Shown: one piece after another, positions 39,123 through 49,316 of the stretch
Layout of the letters: each line of letters begins with the position of its first letter
How positions within the stretch are numbered: the stretch's first letter is position 1
From: an uncultured Gammaproteobacteria bacterium
GTDB lineage: Bacteria > Patescibacteriota > Patescibacteriia > Magasanikbacterales > UBA922
Assembly (NCBI GenBank): GCA_964522435.1
Contig: CAZFUL010000004.1
Location: 54,360-118,359, forward strand
Length of the DNA: 64,000 bases
Direction: 5' to 3'
The notes under the pieces: generated by a model
Database searches by the model: none
Seen by the model: the letters and a program-made list of their open reading frames with translations, nothing else
Told to the model about the DNA's origin: nothing
Made by a program: the position numbers and the translations under genes

Positions 39123-42100
39123 ATGAGAAAATTGTTTCCTGTTGCTCTTGTCTGTCTTTTTATCATCATGCAATTGTTTGGGGTATTTTTATTTGCCCAA
39201 CCAGCAAAAGCAGTATTTGGTGCAGGAGATATATCTTTTGATCCTCAAGCCTGGATACAACGAGAGAAGCATTATGCCGGAGATAAAGTAGAAGCAACCG
39301 TTACAGAGAGTGTTTTGTCTGCGGTCATGGGTTCTTTATTACATGCAACATCCTACTTTACGAGAAAATTGGCCTATGACGCAGCACTCTATGTTGCCTA
39401 TGGGGGAAAAGGACAAGGGTCGTTAGCCTACAAAGAGGGGGCGGCTGCGTATTTTGAAAAAGTGTCTAAAGATACGGCGGCAGATGCTATTGGTGAGTTG
39501 GGAAAACCATTTGGTTTAAATTTGTGTCAGATTCCCGATCTTCGCTTAAATATTTTTCTTCAAGTTGGCTTATCTAACCGATTTGCCGTAGAACCCACCC
39601 CCAATTGTCGCTGGCAAGATTTAAAAGAAGGCGGTATTTTTGATGGGGCTGCCTGGGTACAACGTTATGGAACAGAAGAGGGATTAGCAGAAACCTTTAG
39701 TGCGACCTTAAGTGTTGATAATACTGATTTTGGTATTGCCCTAGGCGCCATTGGACAAATTAGTGATTTGCAAGCGGGCGCAGAAGCAGCAGCGCGTCAA
39801 GACAGAACAGAAGGGCAAGGCTTTAAACCGTTGACCAGTCTTATTTCAGGTGATATTAAAACTCCCGCACAAATTGTGCGAGAAGAAACAAATGCGTTGA
39901 CGGCAAAACATCAAGGAGAATTATCTGCTGGGCAAATTGCCGGTATTTATGGCAGTGGGTTAAAGCAAGTTCCTGCCATGGCCGCGTCTGTCTTTTTAAA
40001 TAGTTTAACAGCAACATTATTAAATCGTTTACTCACAGAAGGGTTATTTCCAGAAGGAAGTGATGCGCCGGGCTTTCAATCAGGGGTGTTTTCATATACC
40101 TCGTCGCCATTTACGCAAAATTCACGAGCAAGAAATGCGTTTAGCTTTTTATTAACTATTCGACCAGAACAGTTAACTAACTTTAACATTGTGGCAGAAT
40201 TTGCCGCATGTCCAGAACACCCTGGGTTAAATAATTGTGTTATTGATAGTGACTTACAACAAGCCTTGGTTCAAGCAAAATCTGGGACTCCCATGACAAT
40301 TCAGGAGGCAATAGATATTGGCTATTTAAATAAAGATTGGCCCCTTATTTCACCACGCAATAATCAACATACCATTGAAAATTGCCAAGTGGGAAGATAT
40401 TGCTATTCCAATATTCAAAAAATGAGAAAAGTTCGCATCTTGCCTTTGGGATTTGAAATTGCAGCATTGCGTTCTGATCCAGATAATCCCTGGACATTAG
40501 GTCAAGTGGTACAAGGATTTGAAAAATGTAGACGAGATGACCCAAATAATCCAGATGCAATAACACCTGATCCTGCGTTTCCTTTTTGTCATTTAATTAA
40601 TCCAAATTGGACAATTGCGGTACCGTCAACTCGTTGTGAATTAAATACCTATGGTCCACAATTACATGCAGAAGATTCTCCAAGTCGTCGTCGAGAATGT
40701 ATGGATATCTCTACCTGTTTGGCAAAAGGGCCAAATGGAGAATGTATTGATCATGGCTACTGTACAAAAGAAAAAAATGTTTGGGATTTAAATGCGGATA
40801 CTTGTCCTGCGTATTACAATAGTTGTGATACCTATACAAACACGGAAGATCGTTTTATTGCGTCATATTTAACACGCAGTTTAGATTTTGGTCAATGTAC
40901 TGCTGACACGGTAGGCTGTCGCGCATTTAGTTTAGAACAAATTGCCGAAGATAATTGGGAATCTTCTGCAGCGGACCGTCGATTAGCCTATGTTGCACAA
41001 GGAAGAAACGAACGGATTCACTTTACCGATGCGATTACTGCCATCAGTTCTGTTTGTAGTGCCGCAAGTGATGGTTGTCGTGCGTTTATCCCTGCCGCGC
41101 GTTATATTAATGGTTTGTTTGTTCAAAATGAACAAGGCGCATATCAACAACAAGAGGATACAAGTACGTTATTGCACTTGAAACGGGCACCAGACTATTT
41201 GGGTTGTTATGATACCAATAGAGCAGCGAATTCTCCAGAAATTAATTGGCCAACAACGGTACAAGAAGCACAAAATGTTGTTGCGCAAGATGCTCGATGT
41301 GATGCGTATGCGTCTGTTTGTGTGGAAGAAGAAGTTGGTTGTTCTGCCTATCAACCAACAGAAGGTGGTGTAGAAATACCTGGTGTTATTGGGGCACAAA
41401 ATGTTTGTGATGCAAGTTGTGTTGGGTATGATACCTTTAAACAATTGGGCTATGCTGATGTGGGACAAGGATTTGAAGATCCGGTATTTCCCTTGTACTT
41501 TATTCCTCGTATTGCAGAAGAACAAATGGCAGCACAAGGAACAATTTGTAGCGCAGAATTTGTTGGCTGTGACGAATTTACCAATCTCGATACTGTTGCA
41601 AATGGGGGAGAAGGCTTAGAATATTACACGTCGTTAACCCATTGTGAACAGCCAAGTGCTGATGGGGCAAATAGTCGGGTGTATTATTCTTGGGAAGGGT
41701 CTGTTCGTGAAGGATTCTTATTACAAACACATCGCGTTAAACCGATTGATGAACGAGATTTGAGTTATATTCAAGATACCTTAGAAATAGACGTTGACTT
41801 TAATTATTCTTTGGGTTCACCCATGTATGCGAATGATTCTCGCGATGCGCTTGCTAGTGCGTCTGCGCGTTGTAATGAACAAACCTATAACCTAAAAATA
41901 AATAATCCAGGTGATCTTAATAGTGCTCCAGATAACTGTCATGCGCTGTATGACACCGATGGGAATGTTTTTTATCGATTGGTTGGAGAATTAGTTGTGG
42001 TTTCTGATGCCTGTCATGCACTCCGAAAAACAGAGCCAGAAATTTATGCAGATACCACATTAGAACAACGTAGCTGTAGTGCTGATCGTGGAGAATGGAA

Positions 42101-45100
42101 TGCTGCAGAAAATAGTTGTACCCGTTGTGTGGGTGGTGGTGAATATCGTAATGGTGCTTGTATTTATTGGACTATTTCTGATACAACAACACAGTCACAA
42201 TCTTGTCCTGCACAAGCAAATGAATGTCGCGCGTATGCAGGAAACAATGCAGGAAATAGGGTAAATATTTTATCGCAACTTTTTGAACCAAGTAGTGAAG
42301 ATGCCAATGCCTTAGTGCAAGCCCAAGATGGATGGGAAGGATTAGTGGGCTCTGTGGTACGGGTTGTTTCTGATGCTAGTGATGTAGGGCTGCATTCATT
42401 ATTGTTAGAACAGGGCCGAGCGCGTATGCCATTATCTCCAACGAGCACGCCAGGACTGGTAAGTAATCAACGCTATGAAATAACGTTTTGGGCGCGCGGA
42501 GATGCGGGAACCATTCGTTTAGACGTCGTACAAAATAATAATCGACTTGCTACCTTTGCAGAGCAGGTGAGTATTGGAAATTCTTGGAATCGCTATCGTG
42601 TGGGACCTATTGATATTGGCACTATTGCCTCTGATCAACCGCTGTATTTGGTTATTACACCAAATGATGGAAACAACCGAGTATTTTTAGATACCTTTGT
42701 CTTTACTCGTATTCAAGATGTTGTGTACCTTACCAAGGATTCTTGGAAAACACCCGAAGGCTACAATGCGCCACTGTTGTGTGATGCGGTTCCCCAAGAT
42801 ACGCTTCCTGGCGAAGCATTGGGTTGTCGTTCGTATCAAGAAGTAAACGCAAAAGGGGTAAGCCGGTATGCAACTGGTTTTGAACGACTCTGTCGTGAAA
42901 AAGCGGTTGGTTGTATGCCCGTATGGGACACCTACAATACGGTAAGTGGGGAATCACCAGAGTTACCTCATGTGTATAATGTGTGGTGTGCGGGTAACGA
43001 AGGCGCAAATTGTGAAATTCGGGTAAATAATATTTTGCTTGGCGCTTGTGTTGTTGAACGTGGTTCAGTAAATAACGACGGGCAAAGTGGTTGTTATATT
43101 CGAGATAATGATAGTTTGGATATTGCCTTACCTCAAGGCATCACGATTGCGAATTTGCCTGCGGGATCTGTAAGTGATTCAACGGTGTACATTCCTGCGG
43201 ATACGCCAAGCTCAACACCCCTCTTTTTAGCGAATACAGAAAAACATCGTTGTCAGGAGTCTCAATTAGGTTGTGAACTAACCGGCGCAGAGCAACAATT
43301 ATTACCAGATCCAACGGTTGCTGTTTCTTATGAACACCAAGAAACACGAATAAAAAATGATCCTGCTTCATATAATGAGGTACTATGTAACGATACCTTA
43401 ATTGGTTGTGGAGAATTTGACCATGCGGGAGCACGCTCATTTTTTAGAGATCCCCGCTTTACTGGGAATGCTCTTTGTTCGTATCGAGAACAAAGCGACG
43501 ATGGACAAAATTATGGTTGGTATATTAATGACCAAAGTGTTGGTCGCTGTAGTCAGAGCGATACGCTTTGTCGTGAAGATGGAGACTGTTCTGGCGCAAA
43601 CGATCTTTGTGTGAGTAAGGGCAATGTTGCTTGTTATGACGATTTTGTTCAACGTGGTGGAGAATTTGGATTACGCAGTAATGGCTCTCCCGAGTACGCA
43701 GGCTTTGTTGGTACTTGCCCTGCGCAGTTTAACGAATGTACCCAATTGGTTGATCCAGAAGATACCTCAAATATTAATCCCAAAGGCCAACCGTACTATG
43801 TGGTATTTAACGATAAAATCACCAACAGATTAGGACAATGTAATACCGTCAGTCTAGAAGAGGGCTGTGTGTTATTTGATAAAACCGATGATCCAAATAA
43901 ATTGTATAATGCCTCAGCAACCTACGCATTGAGTACAACACAAGATCCTCCGTATGGCCCTGTTGCGCCAGTAACCACCGCAAGTAATAATGACCCAAGT
44001 AGTATTAATACGAACTTGTTATTAAAGGTAGATAGAGATAGAGCATGTAGTGAGTGGTTAGATTGTAAAAACTATGTTCCGGTTACTAATGCACAAGGAC
44101 AGCAAGAATTTTTGTGTTCACAGTATAAAGCCTGTGAAAAATTGAGCCCAGATGGTCGCTGTATTGGCTGGGTAGATGATTTAGCGACTCCAGAAGATAG
44201 AACACGAGCCACAGATCGCTTGACCTATGAACAATATATACAACGAGGCACGTCTTGGTATGCGGAAGAATTTAGTGGATATTCGTTATACGACAAATAT
44301 CAAATTACCAATTTAGCCCAACTTGCATTTAATTTTGAAGAATTAAACGACGACGTTGCTGCCGCGCTTGTGCCAGTAACAAATGAAACATTTATTGCTC
44401 GTGTGCTCGATGATCGGTTATTCCGTTATAACAATGCGGAAGATTTGGACTGTATTGATGAAACCGTGACCTCAACAGATTGGCTCTCCTGTGGATTTGA
44501 CAATCAAGGGTTATGTTATAGAAAAAAATGTGTGTATCCAATAGATGGTGGCTTTGGTTTGGATGAGGTTGATACCACAAATGTGGCAGATATTCAGCGA
44601 TCACTCAACTTGCTTGAAGCAAACTCATGTAAAGGTTTCCCTGAAGAAGAAAGTCCTTTTTCTCAACGGATTATTCCTCCAGGAGGCATTCTTGATAGAG
44701 TATCTCAGTATGGCCTGAGAAAAGAGTTTGTCAAATACAATCAGGGATATGCGAATATTAATGTTTGCCAAAGTGGTGAATGTTCTTGTGAGTATCAAAA
44801 GGTATCATACAATCATGGCGTTGTTGATTATATTTCGTTTAATGACGCTGCGCAATCAACAATTGTTGGAATTTGTTCCGGAGGAGACGCGACTACTGCG
44901 GGATTACCCTGTACTCGTGATAGTGAATGTATTGGGCGAGGGGCAGCGAATCAGGGTGATGTTGCTCAAACAGGGACCTGTAATTTAGTGCGCGAAACAC
45001 AAAGTGTCTTTGGCTTACGTGGCTTTTGTTTAGAGCGAGACCTTTCTCGTCCATCTCCAGTGGACCCAAGTGGTTATGAATGTCTTACCTGGTTACCAGT

Positions 45101-48100
45101 ACAAACCTCTGTTGGTCGTGCTGATATCTTTAACAGTTCATTAAGTGCGGGATATAACCCGACTCTTGATGCAGAATCTGGATTTGGAAAATTATATTGT
45201 AGTAATGGAAGTACCTACGAACGAGTAAATGCACAAGATAATGAACGTATTGTGGATGCGTTACGAGATATTGCAGGGAATGTGGCAAATAGTGAAACCA
45301 TATTTCCTCCACATAATATCACCACCTGTCAGGTAGACGCAGATGGACAATTTGGTGGCGCTGAACCGCCAACAGCATTTCATAGTTGGAATTGTGGCGC
45401 GGATGATGATAATGGTATGCCTGTATCATTTTTAACCTCTTGGGCGAGAAAATATTTGGATGTTTCTGCACAAGTGTTGCGTATTGAAACACCAATTACC
45501 ACACCAGAAGATGGAAAATTCTATAATGTGCATGGAAATATTCCTAACTATAATCCCTTAAATGGCGGAAATGCTGGTGGTGGTTGTGGTTCCGGAGATG
45601 ACAACGGCAGTCCTGCCTGTACGATTCATAGTTTTGGACCCGTGAGCATTAACAATGTTCTTGATTACGGAACTATTATGCATCCCCCACGCTATTGGGA
45701 TACGCCCCGAGACAGTTTGCTGCAGTGTAGTGGACAAATGTGTATTGATACGACAGCAGCCTGTGATGATAAAAATAATCCAGATTGTTGGATTCGTTGT
45801 GGGAATGAAGTATTACAACCAGGATATAATGGCCCGTTAGAAGAGGTGGGTCCTCGTACTATTCCAGAATGTGGCTACTCATATAAATCATTCTATTACA
45901 CTACCGGAAGCGGTGTTACTGTGGCGTCTCATCCCTTATCACCAGAATTTGCCATGTACCAAAGTAACCGTCCTGCAAATGATCCAGAACTCGATGATTA
46001 TGTGACTGATGCGCGAGGAAATAGTATTTTGAATCGCCAAGACATAGAAAGCGTGATAACAGAAAAAGAATTAAATCGCGTGTATTTCTTGATTACCGGG
46101 TTTCCCCATAATGCAGATGGTCGATTTCCTACGATTATGAGTGATCGGGTGTACCTTGACTTTTTGAAACTACAAGAACAAGGGCATGATATTCGGCCAA
46201 AATCTGTTCCTGTTGCGGATGGGCGAGAACAATATTTTCCATTGCTCAACAATGATTTTGTGGATGGATCTGTTTACAGTTATTTGTTAACCACGGAAAA
46301 CGGCGGTACCTTTACCTATGATGATTATGATGATTTAAATCAATTAAATGGTCATTTAGTTTCGTTAAAAGATCTTGAGCGTAATCGTATACACCATCGC
46401 TATGTCATGATCTATCATAAAGATGCGAATGAAGAGTTAGAAGGAAATTTGGGAGATGCGGGACGCATTCCGGATGTATTTAATGAGCGCAATACCGTAT
46501 GTGCAGAACGAAGTAGTAATTGGTTTGCCATTGGGATGGACTTTAATGAAGATGGTGAATTCTTGGGCTATATTACCCGGTTCTGTAATGGATTTGCGGC
46601 AAGAGTCGATGACGGAAATGGTATTCAATTTGCGGTGGTAGCAACTAAAAATGTGCAATGTCTAGAAATACAAGAAGTACATCGCTCCAGTGGGGTTAAT
46701 CCCTTACAAGATAGTACCAACAAAGCCTGGACAAATCGCTTGTGGGTCGGTGCCTTACAAACCCATCCAAGCAACAATTATCGTGGCATTGGAGCTGGGG
46801 TTCCGTTAAAAGAACAACAAGCAACGCCTTTTGGGTCATTAGCCATTCCATCAGCGGCGTTAGTTGAGGGACAATTATTTCCATTGAAAAATTATTACTT
46901 TGTTGATCCGGCAACTGATGGTATTCCTTATAGTTGTGGAAATGGAAATAGTGATGTGGATTGTTATTTACTGCGTAATGGAAATGAAAAACGCTTTAGT
47001 ACCTATCAATATCCACAAAACGTGGTGAGTATTCTTGATGGAAAAGGAGCAGCAGATGGTATTGCCGCAATTAACCAATTGTTTGCAAAATCATTTACCA
47101 TTTCTCGCTTACTAGAAGGACGGTTACGAACCGTTGCTGTTGGTACGGATATTTCGTATCAAGAAGGAATTGATGGGGGACGATTATTACCACAAGTATA
47201 TTCATTAAATCCGGTAACCTGTGCGCTCGGTCGTGATCATTGTACGCCGGCAGAAGCCAATGCCTTTTCATTAGGCAGACGAAATGGGGTGGCGAATGCG
47301 GATTATGATAATAATGGCATTCCAGACGAAGATAGTGATGGAGATGGACAAGCGGATGCGCTCATTGAAACCTCTGGCAGTTATGTTGCGCAATTACGCT
47401 TCTTCGCCTTTGCAGATGATAATCGCATGCCGCTTCGTCGTATTATGATTGATTGGGGTGATGGAGAAGATATTACCAATGAAAGTATCAAAGGCTTATA
47501 TAAAAATAGAAAACCGGTGTGTGAGGTAAGTAATGATCCAGGCAAGAGTACCGTGGGATTATGTTTAACTGCAAATAATCGTCCAACCGGCATGACTTGT
47601 AGTGATACGCAAGCCTGTATTGTTGGTCAACGCTGTGCTTTACCGGATGAACTCGATCGTTTGGTAGCAGCAGGTACCTTATCTGCGGAGTATGGCAGTA
47701 AACGTTTTGGTAATTTAGAACGCAGTTGTGAACAGGGCAACTTTGATTATTATCACGAATATGTGTGTCAACAAAGTGATATTGAGGCACATGTCGCGTC
47801 TGTCTCTGCTGGTGGCATTGGCTTACCCTATGTCCGACAAGTGGGTGGGTTAGAGGATCAAGAACGCTTAAATGCCTTAGGCTTTACCAATCAAGACTAT
47901 GTTTGTGTGTTTCAACCCAAACTGCAAGTCATGGATAACTGGGGTTGGTGTACAGGCAGCTGTGTGCGGGATTATGATCGTAATGGAAATGAAATAGGTG
48001 CTCCTCAGGTAGGGTGTTATGAAAATTTTAGAGACCCCGAGGCTGCTATAATATTTCAATGTTCATCTGATAATGTGGGTGGTCGTGATAATCCTTGGAT

Positions 48101-48155
48101 ATTATATAAAAATGAAATTATTGTTGCTCCGGCTCTTGAACCAGAAAGAGACTAA
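39123..48155 (+). CDS. Giant (about 3010 aa) cysteine-rich secreted protein, unknown function
   Basis: Uninterrupted 9-kb frame. N-terminal signal MRKLFPVALVCLFIIMQLFGVFLFAQPAKA. Very high Cys content with no low-complexity repeats. An internal beta-sandwich/CBM-like stretch (EITFWARGDAGTIRLDVVQNNNRLATFAEQVSIGNSWNRYRVGPIDIG...LYLVITPNDGNNRVFLDTFVF). A C-terminal acidic Ca-loop-like run (NNGIPDEDSDGDGQAD). The ATG at 39123 is preferred over the TTG at 39102. Confidence 0.85.
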   Translation: MRKLFPVALVCLFIIMQLFGVFLFAQPAKAVFGAGDISFDPQAWIQREKHYAGDKVEATVTESVLSAVMGSLLHATSYFTRKLAYDAALYVAYGGKGQGSLAYKEGAAAYFEKVSKDTAADAIGELGKPFGLNLCQIPDLRLNIFLQVGLSNRFAVEPTPNCRWQDLKEGGIFDGAAWVQRYGTEEGLAETFSATLSVDNTDFGIALGAIGQISDLQAGAEAAARQDRTEGQGFKPLTSLISGDIKTPAQIVREETNALTAKHQGELSAGQIAGIYGSGLKQVPAMAASVFLNSLTATLLNRLLTEGLFPEGSDAPGFQSGVFSYTSSPFTQNSRARNAFSFLLTIRPEQLTNFNIVAEFAACPEHPGLNNCVIDSDLQQALVQAKSGTPMTIQEAIDIGYLNKDWPLISPRNNQHTIENCQVGRYCYSNIQKMRKVRILPLGFEIAALRSDPDNPWTLGQVVQGFEKCRRDDPNNPDAITPDPAFPFCHLINPNWTIAVPSTRCELNTYGPQLHAEDSPSRRRECMDISTCLAKGPNGECIDHGYCTKEKNVWDLNADTCPAYYNSCDTYTNTEDRFIASYLTRSLDFGQCTADTVGCRAFSLEQIAEDNWESSAADRRLAYVAQGRNERIHFTDAITAISSVCSAASDGCRAFIPAARYINGLFVQNEQGAYQQQEDTSTLLHLKRAPDYLGCYDTNRAANSPEINWPTTVQEAQNVVAQDARCDAYASVCVEEEVGCSAYQPTEGGVEIPGVIGAQNVCDASCVGYDTFKQLGYADVGQGFEDPVFPLYFIPRIAEEQMAAQGTICSAEFVGCDEFTNLDTVANGGEGLEYYTSLTHCEQPSADGANSRVYYSWEGSVREGFLLQTHRVKPIDERDLSYIQDTLEIDVDFNYSLGSPMYANDSRDALASASARCNEQTYNLKINNPGDLNSAPDNCHALYDTDGNVFYRLVGELVVVSDACHALRKTEPEIYADTTLEQRSCSADRGEWNAAENSCTRCVGGGEYRNGACIYWTISDTTTQSQSCPAQANECRAYAGNNAGNRVNILSQLFEPSSEDANALVQAQDGWEGLVGSVVRVVSDASDVGLHSLLLEQGRARMPLSPTSTPGLVSNQRYEITFWARGDAGTIRLDVVQNNNRLATFAEQVSIGNSWNRYRVGPIDIGTIASDQPLYLVITPNDGNNRVFLDTFVFTRIQDVVYLTKDSWKTPEGYNAPLLCDAVPQDTLPGEALGCRSYQEVNAKGVSRYATGFERLCREKAVGCMPVWDTYNTVSGESPELPHVYNVWCAGNEGANCEIRVNNILLGACVVERGSVNNDGQSGCYIRDNDSLDIALPQGITIANLPAGSVSDSTVYIPADTPSSTPLFLANTEKHRCQESQLGCELTGAEQQLLPDPTVAVSYEHQETRIKNDPASYNEVLCNDTLIGCGEFDHAGARSFFRDPRFTGNALCSYREQSDDGQNYGWYINDQSVGRCSQSDTLCREDGDCSGANDLCVSKGNVACYDDFVQRGGEFGLRSNGSPEYAGFVGTCPAQFNECTQLVDPEDTSNINPKGQPYYVVFNDKITNRLGQCNTVSLEEGCVLFDKTDDPNKLYNASATYALSTTQDPPYGPVAPVTTASNNDPSSINTNLLLKVDRDRACSEWLDCKNYVPVTNAQGQQEFLCSQYKACEKLSPDGRCIGWVDDLATPEDRTRATDRLTYEQYIQRGTSWYAEEFSGYSLYDKYQITNLAQLAFNFEELNDDVAAALVPVTNETFIARVLDDRLFRYNNAEDLDCIDETVTSTDWLSCGFDNQGLCYRKKCVYPIDGGFGLDEVDTTNVADIQRSLNLLEANSCKGFPEEESPFSQRIIPPGGILDRVSQYGLRKEFVKYNQGYANINVCQSGECSCEYQKVSYNHGVVDYISFNDAAQSTIVGICSGGDATTAGLPCTRDSECIGRGAANQGDVAQTGTCNLVRETQSVFGLRGFCLERDLSRPSPVDPSGYECLTWLPVQTSVGRADIFNSSLSAGYNPTLDAESGFGKLYCSNGSTYERVNAQDNERIVDALRDIAGNVANSETIFPPHNITTCQVDADGQFGGAEPPTAFHSWNCGADDDNGMPVSFLTSWARKYLDVSAQVLRIETPITTPEDGKFYNVHGNIPNYNPLNGGNAGGGCGSGDDNGSPACTIHSFGPVSINNVLDYGTIMHPPRYWDTPRDSLLQCSGQMCIDTTAACDDKNNPDCWIRCGNEVLQPGYNGPLEEVGPRTIPECGYSYKSFYYTTGSGVTVASHPLSPEFAMYQSNRPANDPELDDYVTDARGNSILNRQDIESVITEKELNRVYFLITGFPHNADGRFPTIMSDRVYLDFLKLQEQGHDIRPKSVPVADGREQYFPLLNNDFVDGSVYSYLLTTENGGTFTYDDYDDLNQLNGHLVSLKDLERNRIHHRYVMIYHKDANEELEGNLGDAGRIPDVFNERNTVCAERSSNWFAIGMDFNEDGEFLGYITRFCNGFAARVDDGNGIQFAVVATKNVQCLEIQEVHRSSGVNPLQDSTNKAWTNRLWVGALQTHPSNNYRGIGAGVPLKEQQATPFGSLAIPSAALVEGQLFPLKNYYFVDPATDGIPYSCGNGNSDVDCYLLRNGNEKRFSTYQYPQNVVSILDGKGAADGIAAINQLFAKSFTISRLLEGRLRTVAVGTDISYQEGIDGGRLLPQVYSLNPVTCALGRDHCTPAEANAFSLGRRNGVANADYDNNGIPDEDSDGDGQADALIETSGSYVAQLRFFAFADDNRMPLRRIMIDWGDGEDITNESIKGLYKNRKPVCEVSNDPGKSTVGLCLTANNRPTGMTCSDTQACIVGQRCALPDELDRLVAAGTLSAEYGSKRFGNLERSCEQGNFDYYHEYVCQQSDIEAHVASVSAGGIGLPYVRQVGGLEDQERLNALGFTNQDYVCVFQPKLQVMDNWGWCTGSCVRDYDRNGNEIGAPQVGCYENFRDPEAAIIFQCSSDNVGGRDNPWILYKNEIIVAPALEPERD

Positions 48156-48160
48156 CAAAA

Positions 48161-48191
48161 TAAAAAATCCCGATTCAATCGGGATTTTTTA
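48161..48191. terminator. Bidirectional intrinsic terminator after the giant gene
   Basis: aaaaaaTCCCGAttcaaTCGGGAtttttt. Confidence 0.8.
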
Positions 48192-48269
48192 TAGGACAGA
48201 ACAGAAAATAGCTTTTCTCCTTTGTCCTTTCTCCCGCCACAGTGTTGTGGCGGGGGTTGCAGAAGAGCA

Positions 48270-48842
48270 CTACTCGGACATCGAGCAGGTGGCTTCTGCA
48301 GTCATTGTGGGTCGTTCCGCGAAGATGGGTGGTCCATTGGGGCTATCGCGATGAAAGTCCCAGGTACAGTCCACGTCTTCATTCAACGAGAGCCATCCAT
48401 ATCGAGGCGTGGCTTGAGCAGAGTGGCCACAATACGCCCATCCTTCACGCAAAGTGGTGGTTGGGCACATGCAGGCCTCTCCTTCGCCGTTGTTGTCGCT
48501 GTCGAGCTGGTCGGGGTTCGGCACCTCGGGGCAGTTGTCGCAGGCATCGCCTACGCCATCACCGTCCGTGTCGGTCTGGTCGGGGTCGGGGTCGGCGGGA
48601 CAAATGTCCTCGCCGTCCTCGATCCCATCCGCGTCGTCATCGGGGGGCGGTGGCGGGGGGCAGTCTTCGCTGCACTCCGGGGGAGTGACGAGACAGCCTT
48701 GGGCTTCGTCCGCCTTGCCGTTGCAGTTGTCGACGGGGGGCATGGTGACCCCCCGACGCGGCTCGGAGGGGTCACCCTCGTCGCCGCAGCCACTGATGAC
48801 CGCCCCGAGCAGGGCGGCCAGAACCAGCGCAAAATAGCGCAT
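48270..48842 (-). CDS. Lipoprotein with thrombospondin type-3 calcium-binding repeats, encoded in a GC-rich island
   Basis: AAGGAGG, 5 nt, then [23 protein letters not shown] is a lipobox signal. [13 protein letters not shown] linker. TSP3 consensus [34 protein letters not shown]. Extreme GC3 bias. The longest ORF extends to 48935, but the SD and signal peptide favour 48842. Confidence 0.6.
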   Translation of the reverse strand: MRYFALVLAALLGAVISGCGDEGDPSEPRRGVTMPPVDNCNGKADEAQGCLVTPPECSEDCPPPPPPDDDADGIEDGEDICPADPDPDQTDTDGDGVGDACDNCPEVPNPDQLDSDNNGEGEACMCPTTTLREGWAYCGHSAQATPRYGWLSLNEDVDCTWDFHRDSPNGPPIFAERPTMTAEATCSMSE

Positions 48843-48915
48843 GGTCGCCTCCTTGCCGTGTCGTACACGGCGTTGCAATGGGCCCGGGGCTTCCGGGCAC
48901 AGGGAAATGAAAGGT

Positions 48916-48963
48916 ATTATAGAAACATCGTCCATGAATTATTCATGCACATGTTTCTATAAT
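48916..48963. repeat. 48-bp nested palindrome at the GC-island/native boundary
   Basis: ATTATAGAAACAT-cgtc-CATGAAT-T-ATTCATG-cac-ATGTTTCTATAAT. The 13-bp outer arms are perfect. The 7-bp inner palindrome is concentric. There is one indel in the connector. Confidence 0.8.
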
Positions 48964-49307
48964 ACGTTCAGTTCTCCTTAGTCGAAGAAGGCAACAACGA
49001 TAGAATTCTTTTATTGAAAAAGAACAAGAGGTAAAATTATTCTGTATAAATTAACTATTTCAGCAAAATTTGGCTTTGTCAAGCGCTTTTTATTGTTTTG
49101 TGGATAACTTGGTTACGAATCTACATCTGCCTGCCGGTAGGCAGGAATGAACACTCATTTACAAATAACTACAAATGTTCTTCGACAATATTCGTAGCCA
49201 TTTGTAGATTGGCATGTATTCGTATATTCGGAAATAGTAGATTCGTAAACTGTCTGTATGTTTATACACTGCATACCTATGCGACCTATTCTGCCCCATT
49301 CGCTTAT

Positions 49308-49316
49308 GTGCTATAC
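49308..49316 (+). promoter_or_regulatory. Extended -10 promoter element for the VirB6-like operon
   Basis: TGcTATACT at 49308-49316, 22 nt upstream of the ATG at 49339. The -35 is weak. Confidence 0.4.

Noticed and set aside
48222-48962. Four overlapping plus-strand ORFs (246, 148, 127, 105 aa) across the second GC-rich island
   Set aside because: Same GC artefact. The minus-strand frame alone has an SD, a lipoprotein signal and a TSP3 repeat signature.
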